From positions 9,050-73,049 of the forward strand of contig CAZNPF010000013.1 of NCBI GenBank assembly GCA_964574995.1: a DNA stretch of 64,000 bases, given 5' to 3'. Below are positions 22,461 through 31,554 of the stretch, one piece after another. The notes beneath the pieces are model-generated. The model was not told the DNA's origin. It did no database searches and saw nothing but the letters and a program-made list of their open reading frames with translations. The translations under genes were made by a program, and so were the position numbers. The stretch comes from an uncultured Pseudomonadales bacterium. Its GTDB lineage: Bacteria > Pseudomonadota > Gammaproteobacteria > Pseudomonadales > JADFDG01. Every line of letters starts with the position of its first letter. Position 1 is the stretch's first letter.

Positions 22461-23257
22461 CGCCTTCCTCGCAGGTAGCCGCCACGACCGCCGCGCGGCC
22501 TTTCGACATAGTTGACGCTGTTGCCGTCAACATCCTCTGCGCGCTCATGTGTGTCGTCGTCGAATGCGTTATTCGGATCCTCATGGCTTTCATAAGCCGA
22601 TGACTGATTATTTCTACGCGGATCACGCCGATCTTCACGGTTTTGCCCACGTTCTTGCCGTTCGGACAATCGACGTGATCGACCATACAGGCCCGTATGC
22701 TTGCGCGGCGGCAACAGGCACAGCCGCTCCAACTGCACGACTTCTTCGTCGGTCAACATGATGCTGTTGCCTGTACGCAGCGTCGCTGGCATGGCGTAAC
22801 TACCAAAGCGGATACGCACCAGTCGATCTACTTTGTAATTTTGCGATTCAAACAATCGCCACGCTTCTCGGAACCGACTATCCAGCAAGCGGCAGCGGTA
22901 CCAATAACCACCGCCTTGTTCACCACCATCGTGAATCGCGAGAATTTTTGCCATCCCGTCAGCCAGCATCACGCCATCCAACAATTCTTGCCGATGCAAC
23001 GGCGATAACGGCACGGACAAACGCACGGCATATTCGCGTTCAACCCCCGTGGAGGGGTGCATTAGACGATTGGCAAACTCGCTGTCATTGGTCAGCAGCA
23101 AAAGACCCGCCACATCAACATCCAACCGGCCAATAGCGATCCATCGTTGGTCGCGCAGCGGCGGCAAACGATCAAACACGCTGGCGCAGCCCGACGGGTC
23201 GTTGCGGGAAACGACTTCACCTTCTGCCTTGTGATATGCAATGACCCGCTTTTGCAT
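22457..23257 (-). CDS. rluB: RluB-like 23S rRNA pseudouridine synthase lacking the N-terminal S4 domain
   Basis: RsuA/RluB core: IAIGRLDVDVAGLLLLTND (catalytic Asp) and EREYAVRL. It has a long Arg-rich / RGG-like C-terminal tail. The protein starts at the position equivalent to ~residue 65 of E. coli RluB. Confidence 0.75.
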   Translation of the reverse strand: MQKRVIAYHKAEGEVVSRNDPSGCASVFDRLPPLRDQRWIAIGRLDVDVAGLLLLTNDSEFANRLMHPSTGVEREYAVRLSVPLSPLHRQELLDGVMLADGMAKILAIHDGGEQGGGYWYRCRLLDSRFREAWRLFESQNYKVDRLVRIRFGSYAMPATLRTGNSIMLTDEEVVQLERLCLLPPRKHTGLYGRSRRLSERQERGQNREDRRDPRRNNQSSAYESHEDPNNAFDDDTHERAEDVDGNSVNYVERPRGGRGGYLRGRR

Positions 23258-23271
23258 GAGGTGCCAGCCAA

Positions 23272-24186
23272 TCAGCCGTTGCTACTCGTTCCCGGTTCTG
23301 ACTCGCCGGAGGACTCACCGTCTTCCTTGCGACGGAACGCGTCTTCAACGCGCTTGAGCACTTCATCCACTTGCGCCATGTCCATGCCGATATCCAGCCC
23401 GTCTTCTTCTGGCGCATCGTCACCGATCAGGTATTGCCGTACTTCCGATTCCGGGGCTTTTTCTGCTGCCAAAACGGCCGCAGCGGTAGCCGGATCCAAT
23501 TGCAATTCTCGATTGATTTTTTCGATGTCACGAATTTCCGACAACGTTGGTAATTCATCGAGACTTTTGAGATTGAAGTAATCCAGAAATTCATGTGTCG
23601 TGGCATACAGCGCCGGGCGACCCGGTACATCGCGATGACCGACAATACGGATCCAGTCCCGCTCACCCAGCGACTTGATCATGTCGCTACTCACAGCAAC
23701 GCCACGAATTTCTTCGATTTCACCACGCGTAATCGGTTGGCGATAAGCAATCAGTGACAGCGTTTCCAACAGCGCACGCGAATAGCGCGGCGGTTTTTCT
23801 GTCCACAAGCGACTCACCCACGGGCCAAGATCCTTGCACACCTGAATGCGAAAACCGCTAGCGACTTCTTTCAGTTCAATGCCGCGGCCCACGTATTCGG
23901 TGGCTATTTCTCCCAACAGCTCGCGAATGGTTCCCTCATCCGGGCGCTCATAGTCCTCGAACAACGTGCCGAAGCGGGTCACATTCATTGTTTCGCCGGA
24001 AGCCAACAACGCGCCCTCAAGAATGCGCTTGATGGTCGGGCGATCCGGTGGCGGCCGACGCACCGCCTCCTCGACGCGCTCAATGAAATCAGCCGCATCG
24101 ACGGATGCAGCTTCGTTATCCGGCACCTGCCCGGTATCAGCATCCGTCCCGTTTGCCGGCACGACGTCGTCTTGGTCATTACTCAT
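23272..24186 (-). CDS. scpB: Segregation and condensation protein B
   Basis: Core EGALLASGETMNV...LIAYRQPITRGEIEEIRGV (tandem winged helices). It has N- and C-terminal acidic extensions. ATG 24186 overlaps the scpA stop by 8 nt. Confidence 0.85.
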   Translation of the reverse strand: MSNDQDDVVPANGTDADTGQVPDNEAASVDAADFIERVEEAVRRPPPDRPTIKRILEGALLASGETMNVTRFGTLFEDYERPDEGTIRELLGEIATEYVGRGIELKEVASGFRIQVCKDLGPWVSRLWTEKPPRYSRALLETLSLIAYRQPITRGEIEEIRGVAVSSDMIKSLGERDWIRIVGHRDVPGRPALYATTHEFLDYFNLKSLDELPTLSEIRDIEKINRELQLDPATAAAVLAAEKAPESEVRQYLIGDDAPEEDGLDIGMDMAQVDEVLKRVEDAFRRKEDGESSGESEPGTSSNG

Positions 24187-25174
24187 TACCTTCCTCCGTC
24201 TGCATTCGGCCTTCGTAATCGTCAACCTGAATGCTGTCGTCGAGCGTCGCCACGCGAGCGCGCACGTGTATGGATCCGAAAGTTTCGGTCTGAATCAGTT
24301 CGATCAACTGATTCTTCACCAATTCCAGCATCGCGATGAACGTGACCACCACGCCGAGGCGACCTTCTTCTGGATTGAAAAGCAATACAAAGGGCACAAA
24401 TTCACGGCCCTGAAGCCGCTCAAGCACGAGCGTCATGCGCTCACGCGTAGACAGTTTTTCGCGCGAAATATGATGGTGCCCGTAGTTGTCCGCACGCTGA
24501 AAGACCTCCTTCAGCGCCAACAAAACTTCACGCATATCCACTTCGGGCTGCGGCTTTTCACGAACATAGTCGGGGCGGTACGCGCGCGCCGTGAAAATAT
24601 CGCGTTCCAATCGCGGTAGCGTGTCCATGTCTTCGGCGGCTTTCTTGAAGCGTTCGTACTCCTGCAGCCGGCGGACTAACTCTGCTCGCGGGTCAACCTC
24701 TTCGCCTTCTTCCGTTTTTGGACGTGGTAATAACAAGCGAGATTTGATCTCACCGAGCATGGCGGCCATCACCAGATACTCGGCAGCCAGTTCGAAGCGT
24801 ACAGCTTTCATCAACTCGACATATTCGATGTATTGGCGAGTAATTTCCGCCACTGGAATATCGAGGATGTCGAGGTTTTGCTTGCGAATCAGATACAGCA
24901 ACAAATCCAACGGACCTTCAAACGCCTCCAGAAAAACTTCCAACGCATCCGGCGGAATATAGAGATCGTCCGGCAACTTGGTGACGACTTGCCCTTGCAC
25001 CAGCGCAAACGGCATTTCCTCCTGCTGCGGCGCCTGTTGACGCAACGCAAGCAGACGATGCAAACCGTCAGCGGCCACGGGAATATCCGTGGTGCCTGAT
25101 AAGGGTTGTTGTTGTTCTTGTTCGGGGTTGTTCATCACACGATGCTCTTGCCCGGTAATTTCCAGATCATGCAC
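24179..25174 (-). CDS. scpA: Segregation and condensation protein A
   Basis: FEGPLDLLLYLIRKQNLDILDIPVAEIT signature. The start could instead be ATG 25135. Confidence 0.87.
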   Translation of the reverse strand: MHDLEITGQEHRVMNNPEQEQQQPLSGTTDIPVAADGLHRLLALRQQAPQQEEMPFALVQGQVVTKLPDDLYIPPDALEVFLEAFEGPLDLLLYLIRKQNLDILDIPVAEITRQYIEYVELMKAVRFELAAEYLVMAAMLGEIKSRLLLPRPKTEEGEEVDPRAELVRRLQEYERFKKAAEDMDTLPRLERDIFTARAYRPDYVREKPQPEVDMREVLLALKEVFQRADNYGHHHISREKLSTRERMTLVLERLQGREFVPFVLLFNPEEGRLGVVVTFIAMLELVKNQLIELIQTETFGSIHVRARVATLDDSIQVDDYEGRMQTEEGNE

Positions 25175-25180
25175 AGGCCC

Positions 25181-26386
25181 TCACGACAACCCCATCGCGG
25201 CGCGAACTTCCACCATCGTTGCAGAGGCCGCAGCACGCGCCTGCTCGCGCCCACGCTCCAGCACGGAACGAACCTGCGAAGGATTGCTCGCAAAGTGTTG
25301 TGCGCGTTCGCGCATGGGCGCCAACTCACGATTGATCGCATCGATGACCGGCTGTTTGCACTCCAAACAACCGATACCCGCTGTGGTGCAGCCATGCTGC
25401 ACCCACTGTTTGACGTCTTCACTGGAATACACCTCGTGCAATTGCCACACCGGGCAACGCGCGGGGTTTCCTGGATCGGTGCGACGCACACGTGCCGGGT
25501 CAGTTGGCATTTTCCGCAACTTCTGCTCGACATCAGCCGGTTCTTCACGCAACGAAATCGTATTGTGATAAGACTTCGACATCTTTTGCCCATCGAGCCC
25601 CGGCATTTTTGATTCTGGCGTCAGCAGTGCCTGAGGTTCTGGCAAAATAATTTTCCCGCTGCCGTCGAGATCACCCAGCAAGCGCTCCCGATCTGCGGCA
25701 CCGATATTGCCATTGCCGGTAATCAATACGCGTGCCGCATCACGTGCTGCTGCATCGCCCTTTTCCTGCCAAGCGCGGCGCTGATCGATAAAAACCTTTG
25801 CCGGTTTCTTGCCAAGTTTTTCGATAGCTGCAGCAACTTTCTCGGCAAAGCCCGGCTCGCGGCCATACGTTTGATTAAATCTACGCGCCACTTCGCGCGT
25901 AATTTCCACGTGCGCGACCTGATCTGCACCTACCGGTACTTGACCGGCGCGATACACCAGAATGTCGGCGCTCTGCAGCAAGGGATAGCCCAGAAATCCG
26001 TACGTAGCGAGATCCTTTTCTTTCAACTTTTCCTGCTGATCTTTATAGGTGGGAACACGCTCCAGCCAACCCAGCGGTGTGATCATCGACAGCAACACAT
26101 GCAATTCAGCGTGCTCCGGCACCTGCGATTGCACGAATAACGTTGCTTGTTCGGGATCAACGCCGGCCGCCAACCAATCCACCACCATGTCAAAAACATG
26201 CTGTTGCAGGCCGGTGGGATCGTCGTAATGAGTCGTCAACGCATGCCAATCGGCCACGAAGAAAAAACATTCGTGTTGCGACTGCAGGCCAATCCAGTTT
26301 TTCAAAACGCCGTGGTAATGGCCCAGATGCAGACGCCCTGTCGGACGCATACCGGACAATACGCGGCGGAAAGGCGTTTCAGACAA
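25181..26386 (-). CDS. trpS: Tryptophan--tRNA ligase (long form)
   Basis: HLGHY (HIGH) and KMSKS motifs. The track ORF extends to 26611 and overlaps tRNA-Gly. I favour TTG 26386, which has GGAG 6 nt upstream and gives MSETPFRRVLSGMRPTG. ATG 26350 is the alternative. Confidence 0.88.
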   Translation of the reverse strand: MSETPFRRVLSGMRPTGRLHLGHYHGVLKNWIGLQSQHECFFFVADWHALTTHYDDPTGLQQHVFDMVVDWLAAGVDPEQATLFVQSQVPEHAELHVLLSMITPLGWLERVPTYKDQQEKLKEKDLATYGFLGYPLLQSADILVYRAGQVPVGADQVAHVEITREVARRFNQTYGREPGFAEKVAAAIEKLGKKPAKVFIDQRRAWQEKGDAAARDAARVLITGNGNIGAADRERLLGDLDGSGKIILPEPQALLTPESKMPGLDGQKMSKSYHNTISLREEPADVEQKLRKMPTDPARVRRTDPGNPARCPVWQLHEVYSSEDVKQWVQHGCTTAGIGCLECKQPVIDAINRELAPMRERAQHFASNPSQVRSVLERGREQARAAASATMVEVRAAMGLS

Positions 26387-26566
26387 CGGAAACTCCTGCG
26401 CCCGGCCCAAGTCGGGCGGGGGAATCCTGTTACAGGGGGACGGCAACGGCTGGGTGCGAAACCCGCACCTAAAAAGCGTGCCGGAAAGCGGCGCAGTATA
26501 GCGGGACAAACCCGGCCACGGCCCGCAACGCACGGCGAGATGCAGCAGGAATATGACGAGAAGAAA

Positions 26567-26642
<76 letters not shown>

Positions 26643-26736
26643 CCGGGATACTGTCAAACCACCGTGTCCGCGCTCTTGCGCGGGCCTAGTGGCACGGTGT
26701 CCGCGCAAGAACGCGGACACCAACAGCAACAAAAAG

Positions 26737-26812
26737 TGGCGTCCCCTAGGGGAGTCGAACCCCTGTTACCGCCGTGAAAGGGCGGTGTCCTAGGCCACTA
26801 GACGAAGGGGAC
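26737..26812 (-). tRNA. tRNA-Glu (UUC)
   Basis: Reverse complement GTCCCCTTCGTCTAGTGGCCTAGGACACCGCCCTTTCACGGCGGTAACAGGGGTTCGACTCCCCTAGGGGACGCCA. It has a TTC anticodon and encoded CCA. Confidence 0.95.
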
Positions 26813-26830
26813 GCAGCGAAGGAGGCGCGC

Positions 26831-26878
26831 ATTCTAGGTAGCACCCCCCGGAGCGTCAACGGGAATTAAAGAAATTCG
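26831..26878 (-). promoter_or_regulatory. Sigma70 promoter of the tRNA-Glu/tRNA-Gly operon with UP-like element and GC discriminator
   Basis: The minus strand reads AATTTCTTTAATTCCCG-TTGACG-17 nt-TAGAAT-GCGCGCC. The -10 ends ~18 nt upstream of the mature tRNA-Glu 5' end. An AT-rich block lies upstream of the -35. The GC-rich discriminator is typical of stable-RNA promoters. Confidence 0.65.
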
Positions 26879-26932
26879 CAAGCCCGTGAAAGCGCTCATT
26901 TTTCAGGCAATCAGATCGGCCCAGCCAAGCAC

Positions 26933-26972
26933 TTATCCACAGCTCGCTCACGCATGAAAATGCTGTGGATAT
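26933..26972. promoter_or_regulatory. Inverted pair of DnaA-box-like 9-mers
   Basis: TTATCCACA at 26933-26941 is a perfect consensus. TGTGGATAT at 26964-26972 is ATATCCACA on the other strand (8/9). They form part of the inverted repeat ATCCACAGC-N19-GCTGTGGAT. Confidence 0.35.
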
Positions 26973-27112
26973 TTCTGTGCATGGAAGCAAGCGGACTTTC
27001 AGGTTTTGTCGGCATTCGTGACTGGCAACACCGAGGCACTTGTGGCAAGGCGCAGTTTTCTTTTCTAAATCAGTGAGATACGGCGCACGAAAGCTCTCCG
27101 CCCTGCCTCATC

Positions 27113-27134
27113 CGTGGAACCGGGGTTCCACGGC
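27113..27134 (-). terminator. Hairpin downstream of msrB (possible terminator; no clear U tract)
   Basis: Perfect palindrome CCGTGGAACC-GG-GGTTCCACGG, ~50 nt after the msrB stop. Confidence 0.3.
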
Positions 27135-27181
27135 GAGCAGACACTCACTGTGCACAACTTGTATCCAACCCACCCCGCCGA

Positions 27182-27589
27182 TCAGACATCCGGCTCCAGA
27201 TCCAGCGAGGCGGAGTTCACGCAGTAGCGGAGCCCGGTTGGCGCCGGACCGTCTGTAAAGACGTGGCCCAAATGACTGTCACAGCGCGCACAGCGGATTT
27301 CCACCCGCCGCATGCCATGGGTGGTGTCCGGCAATTCGCGAATAGCGGCCGCAGCGACAGGTTGCCAGTAACTGGGCCAACCCGACCCCGAATCGAACTT
27401 CGCCTCAGAGCGAAAAAGTGGCTCATGGCAGCATACGCAGCGATAAAGTCCAACGGTCTTACTCGCCCAGTACTTGCCGGAAAAAGGTGGCTCCGTACCG
27501 CACTGGCGGCAGACACGATACTGCTCCGCATCCAATTGCATCTGCCACTGCGTGTCTGACTTCTCGACCTTCTCGATCTTCTCGCTCAT
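27182..27589 (-). CDS. msrB: Peptide-methionine (R)-S-oxide reductase
   Basis: SelR domain with Zn-site CxxC pairs (CRQC, CVCC) and catalytic RYCVNS. The ATG at 27589 is preceded by GGAGG. Confidence 0.92.
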   Translation of the reverse strand: MSEKIEKVEKSDTQWQMQLDAEQYRVCRQCGTEPPFSGKYWASKTVGLYRCVCCHEPLFRSEAKFDSGSGWPSYWQPVAAAAIRELPDTTHGMRRVEIRCARCDSHLGHVFTDGPAPTGLRYCVNSASLDLEPDV

Positions 27590-27709
27590 AGCAACCTCCA
27601 TAGATACCACGGACACTCATATACACGAGGACAGCGCGACCGTTAATATCCCGCGCTTCCCGCGCCATTTTGTGCGGCATTTACCAGCAAATTGCACCGA
27701 GCCGTCGCC

Positions 27710-28939
27710 ATGCCCACGCCCCCGAATGCCCCCGTCCTGAAGTCCACCAAGTTGCACAACGTGTGCTACGACATTCGCGGCCCCGTGCTGGAAGTGGCGA
27801 AAAAAATGGAGGAGGCCGGCTCACGCATCATCAAGCTGAACATCGGAAATCCGGCGCCGTTTGGTTTTGGTGCGCCGGACGAAATTCTGCGCGATGTCAT
27901 CGTCAACCTGCCTAATGCAACCGGCTATTCCGATTCCAAAGGACTGTTCTCGGCGCGTAAAGCTGTCGTGCAGCACTACCAAGAGCGCGGCATCCACGGC
28001 GTCGGTATCGATGACGTTTACCTTGGCAATGGCGTGTCCGAGTTGATCGTCATGGCCATGCAGGGTCTGCTCAACAACGGCGACGAAATGCTGATTCCCG
28101 CACCGGATTATCCGTTGTGGACCGCGGCCACCAGCCTCGCCGGCGGCAAGCCGGTGCATTACCTCTGCGACGAGCAGCAAGGCTGGATGCCAGCCATCGA
28201 CGACATCAAGAAAAAAATCACGCCGAATACGCGCGGCATCGTCGTCATCAATCCGAATAATCCAACCGGCGCCAACTACACGAAGGAACTACTGCTCGAT
28301 ATCGTGAAACTGGCACGCGAACACGGTCTGATTATTTTTGCGGATGAGATCTACGACAAAATTCTCTACGACGGCGAGGTGCACGTGCCGATGGCCTCGC
28401 TGGCCGATGACGTCTTGGTGATTACGTTCAACGGTCTGTCCAAGGCTTACCGCGCTGCCGGCTTCCGCAGTGGCTGGTTGATGGTCAGCGGCAACAAAGC
28501 GCGTGCGAAAGATTACGTTCTAGGCCTCGATATGCTCGCCTCCATGCGTTTGTGTGCAAACGTGCCGTCGCAATGGGCGATTCAAACGGCGCTGGGCGGC
28601 TATCAGTCGATCAACGATCTGGTCAAACCCGGCGGACGCCTGTGCCGTCAGCGCGACATCTGCGTACAGCTGCTCAACGATATTCCTGGCGTCAGCGTCG
28701 TGAAGCCGCAAGCAGCGCTCTACGCCTTCCCGAAGTTGGATCCAAAAGTGTACGAGATCCACAACGACCAACAGTTCGTGCTCGAATTTCTGCAGGAAGA
28801 AAAAGTGCTGCTCGTGCAAGGCACTGGATTTAACTGGCCGGCACCTGACCACGTGCGCATCGTCTTCCTGCCCAACGAAGATGATCTGCGCGAAGCACTG
28901 AGCCGCTTTGCGCGATTCCTTGCGCGACGCCGGCGCTGA
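27710..28939 (+). CDS. alaA: Glutamate-pyruvate (alanine) aminotransferase AlaA
   Basis: It is collinear over its full length with E. coli AlaA (YfbQ) as recalled: KSTKLHNVCYDIRGPVL, KLNIGNPAPFGF, FNGLSKAYRAAGFR (PLP Lys), LVQGTGFNWP. Start at ATG 27710. Confidence 0.88.
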   Translation: MPTPPNAPVLKSTKLHNVCYDIRGPVLEVAKKMEEAGSRIIKLNIGNPAPFGFGAPDEILRDVIVNLPNATGYSDSKGLFSARKAVVQHYQERGIHGVGIDDVYLGNGVSELIVMAMQGLLNNGDEMLIPAPDYPLWTAATSLAGGKPVHYLCDEQQGWMPAIDDIKKKITPNTRGIVVINPNNPTGANYTKELLLDIVKLAREHGLIIFADEIYDKILYDGEVHVPMASLADDVLVITFNGLSKAYRAAGFRSGWLMVSGNKARAKDYVLGLDMLASMRLCANVPSQWAIQTALGGYQSINDLVKPGGRLCRQRDICVQLLNDIPGVSVVKPQAALYAFPKLDPKVYEIHNDQQFVLEFLQEEKVLLVQGTGFNWPAPDHVRIVFLPNEDDLREALSRFARFLARRRR

Positions 28940-28976
28940 GCGCAGCACGTGATGCTCATCTTCGCGAGTAGACGTC

Positions 28977-29429
28977 ATGGCTGATCTTCATATCGACGAT
29001 TTTTCCCGTGACGTTGCACTCGTACTGGTCACGCTATGGAATGCATTCCCGCGGCCATATACCGTTTATGTCGAAGACATTTCTGGCTCAGATGAGACCG
29101 ACGAGGTCGGCCTGCACAGCAATCGTTTTCACGCCTGTTTTGGCGCCATGCTGTGGTTGGAACGTGAAGGGTTTATCCGTTTTGATGCTCTCGTCTATCG
29201 CGAAGGCATTGATCAGGCCGTGCTAACCAACAAAGCGTTTGCTTTGCTGTCTGCCGCCAGCGATATCCGCTTTGATGATCCCATTGACCCGTCGCTTCCG
29301 GAGTCTGTTGCCTTACAGAAGCAAACGCTGGTCGCGCAAATTCGCGCCGCATTACGCAGCGGATCTTCCAACAACATCAATCAGATCGTGCGTCAGTTTC
29401 TGCTGATTGGTGCGCAGATCAACGATTAG
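28977..29429 (+). CDS. Hypothetical protein (150 aa)
   Basis: ATG-started ORF 37 nt after alaA with no intervening terminator. I recognise no family motif. Confidence 0.55.
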   Translation: MADLHIDDFSRDVALVLVTLWNAFPRPYTVYVEDISGSDETDEVGLHSNRFHACFGAMLWLEREGFIRFDALVYREGIDQAVLTNKAFALLSAASDIRFDDPIDPSLPESVALQKQTLVAQIRAALRSGSSNNINQIVRQFLLIGAQIND

Positions 29430-30415
29430 TCGTCATCGCCCAACGGCGGCAAATCTGCCGGCCGCTCATACCGGTAATGCACCACTTTTAACGAAGCCTG
29501 CGGGTCGCTATCGGCAAACTCAGGCGGATTCGGCAGCCGCATCACTTTGACCGATCCCGGCAACTCACGTGCAAAAACTTCATCAAGGAAGCCCTCGCCC
29601 AAATGCGGCGCATTCAAGCAGGCCAGCACATCGGACTGCGGCTTGAGTAATTTAGAAAAACGCCGAACCACTTTCCCGTAGTCCCGCTCGACATTAAAAC
29701 TGCCTTTCTGCAGCGTCGGCGGGTCCATCACAATGACATCGTAACGGCCCAGCTTGTGCAGTTTGCTCCAAGAACGAAAGACGTCGTGATCCAAAAAGTG
29801 AATATCTTCTAGCGGCTGCCCGTTACGGCGATGATTTTCACGTCCTTGCGTCAACGAGGCGCGGCTAAGATCGATATTGACTACGCGTGCAGCGCCTCCA
29901 GCACGCGCCACCACGGAAAATGCGCAGGTAAAAGCAAATAAATTGAGCACCGATTTACCCAGGGCCCGTGTACGCAACCACTGCCGCGCTTCACGCATGT
30001 CCAAAAAGAAACCTACATTCTGCCCACGCGTAGGTTCAATGCCGTAGGCCAAGTCGCTTTCACGGGCAGTCAGCGATAACGGCAACTCACCGACCATCAC
30101 CTCAAACCGTGTGCCGCCACCCTCCTCGCCATAACGCCGTTGTACGGCAAGGCAATTCAGACTGGTTCTAGGTAACCAATCACGTAACTCAGCCACCAAA
30201 GCCTGCTCAAACGCCGGCTCCGGTGCCTTAAAAAAAGTCACTAGTAACAGTGGGGGAAAGGCGTCGATACAAACCTGCTCCAGCCCCGGCCAGCAACGAC
30301 CACGGCCGTGCAGCAGCCGTCGCGCTTCGCCATCGGCATTCAGCGCCACCCGGCAGTGCGCCAATACGGCGTTCAAGTCGACCGCAACTGATGGCAATAA
30401 CGAAATTTCTGTCAC
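29426..30415 (-). CDS. Class I SAM-dependent (RlmI/RlmK-like, PF10672-type) methyltransferase
   Basis: 329 aa with VLNLFAFTCAFSV (motif I region) and YDVIVMDPP (motif IV). It lacks an obvious PUA domain, so the substrate is uncertain. Confidence 0.65.
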   Translation of the reverse strand: MTEISLLPSVAVDLNAVLAHCRVALNADGEARRLLHGRGRCWPGLEQVCIDAFPPLLLVTFFKAPEPAFEQALVAELRDWLPRTSLNCLAVQRRYGEEGGGTRFEVMVGELPLSLTARESDLAYGIEPTRGQNVGFFLDMREARQWLRTRALGKSVLNLFAFTCAFSVVARAGGAARVVNIDLSRASLTQGRENHRRNGQPLEDIHFLDHDVFRSWSKLHKLGRYDVIVMDPPTLQKGSFNVERDYGKVVRRFSKLLKPQSDVLACLNAPHLGEGFLDEVFARELPGSVKVMRLPNPPEFADSDPQASLKVVHYRYERPADLPPLGDDD

Positions 30416-30493
30416 AACGGAACCTGCAAAAGAAAGCCCGGTCTCTCCCGGTCAAATGCAACCGGAAACCAAAAAAAGTGTTCCGGGTATGGG

Positions 30494-30523
30494 CTTGAAA
30501 AGCACTGCCGGGGTCCGCATTGT
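30494..30523 (+). promoter_or_regulatory. Sigma32 (RpoH)-type heat-shock promoter upstream of htpX
   Basis: CTTGAAA-14 nt-CCGCATTGT compared with the consensus CTTGAAA-N13-15-CCCCATNT. It sits ~60 nt upstream of the htpX ATG. htpX is a known heat-shock regulon member in E. coli. Confidence 0.5.
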
Positions 30524-30582
30524 AGCGCCCGGTACCGTCGTGCCGGCGTTTCCGGCATATCGTTCAGGAGTTCACGAGTCCC

Positions 30583-31464
30583 ATGATGCGCATAGTGCTG
30601 TTTCTGCTGACCAACTTGGCCATTGTGCTGGTTGCCAGCGTCACGCTGAGTCTGCTCGGTTTCAACGGGTTCATGGCATCCAACGGCGTCGATCTTGATC
30701 TCGACCAGTTGCTGGTGTTCTGCGCCGTCTTCGGTTTTGCCGGCTCACTGATTTCGCTGCTGATTTCCAAGTGGATGGCCAAACGCGCCATGGGCGTGCA
30801 CGTCATCGAGCAGCCGCGTGATCGCCAAGAAGAATGGCTGGTGCGCACGGTAAAAGAACTGGCGGATCAAGCCGGCATCGGCATGCCGGAGGTTGGCATC
30901 TTCAACGCGCAAGAATCCAATGCCTTTGCCACTGGTTGGAATCGTAACAATGCGCTGGTAGCGGTGAGCACCGGCTTGCTTTCCCGCTTCAAGGAAGACG
31001 AGGCGCGCGCTGTGCTGGCGCACGAAATTGGCCACGTGGCCAACGGCGACATGATCACCCTGACCTTGATCCAAGGCGTGGTGAACACCTTCGTCATGTT
31101 CTTCGCACGCATCATCGGCCACACCGTAGACCGCGTGGTGTTCAAGAACGAACAAGGTCACGGCATCGCGTTCTTTGTCACCACCATCATCGCCGAACTG
31201 GTGCTGGGCATTCTCGCCTCGATGATCGTGATGGCCTTCTCGCGCTGGCGCGAATTCCGTGCGGATGCAGCCGGCGCACAACTGGCCACCAGCGGCGCGA
31301 TGATTCGTGCACTGGAGCGCCTCAAAGCTGAGCATGAAGCGGGCGTTGAAGTGCATATGCCGGATTCGATGCGCGCCTTCGGCATTGCCGGTGGTCTGGG
31401 CAAGTTGTTTGCTTCGCACCCGCCGCTGGACAAGCGTATCGAAGCGCTGCGCGGTGCCATGTAA
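30583..31464 (+). CDS. htpX: Zinc metalloprotease HtpX (M48)
   Basis: 293 aa with [10 protein letters not shown] (HExxH), four TM segments and a canonical N-terminus [13 protein letters not shown]. Confidence 0.93.
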   Translation: MMRIVLFLLTNLAIVLVASVTLSLLGFNGFMASNGVDLDLDQLLVFCAVFGFAGSLISLLISKWMAKRAMGVHVIEQPRDRQEEWLVRTVKELADQAGIGMPEVGIFNAQESNAFATGWNRNNALVAVSTGLLSRFKEDEARAVLAHEIGHVANGDMITLTLIQGVVNTFVMFFARIIGHTVDRVVFKNEQGHGIAFFVTTIIAELVLGILASMIVMAFSRWREFRADAAGAQLATSGAMIRALERLKAEHEAGVEVHMPDSMRAFGIAGGLGKLFASHPPLDKRIEALRGAM

Positions 31465-31493
31465 TCCGGCAGCTCTACTGCTGTTACACGAAT

Positions 31494-31524
31494 AAAAAAG
31501 CCGCCTTCGGGCGGCTTTTTTATT
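31494..31524. terminator. Bidirectional rho-independent terminator (htpX / convergent kinase-like gene)
   Basis: AAAAAAGCCGCC-TTCG-GGCGGCTTTTTTATT. It is flanked by A and T tracts. Confidence 0.85.
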
Positions 31525-31554
31525 ACACGCATGTTTATTACACGCCCTGATGAA

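Noticed and set aside
26813-27181. Replication origin (oriC), considered because of the perfect DnaA box
   Set aside because: There are only two good boxes. There are no AT-rich 13-mer repeats or unwinding element and no dnaA/dnaN/gidA/mioC context. The region is instead explained in part by a strong tRNA promoter. I kept it only as a possible DnaA-titration or regulatory site.
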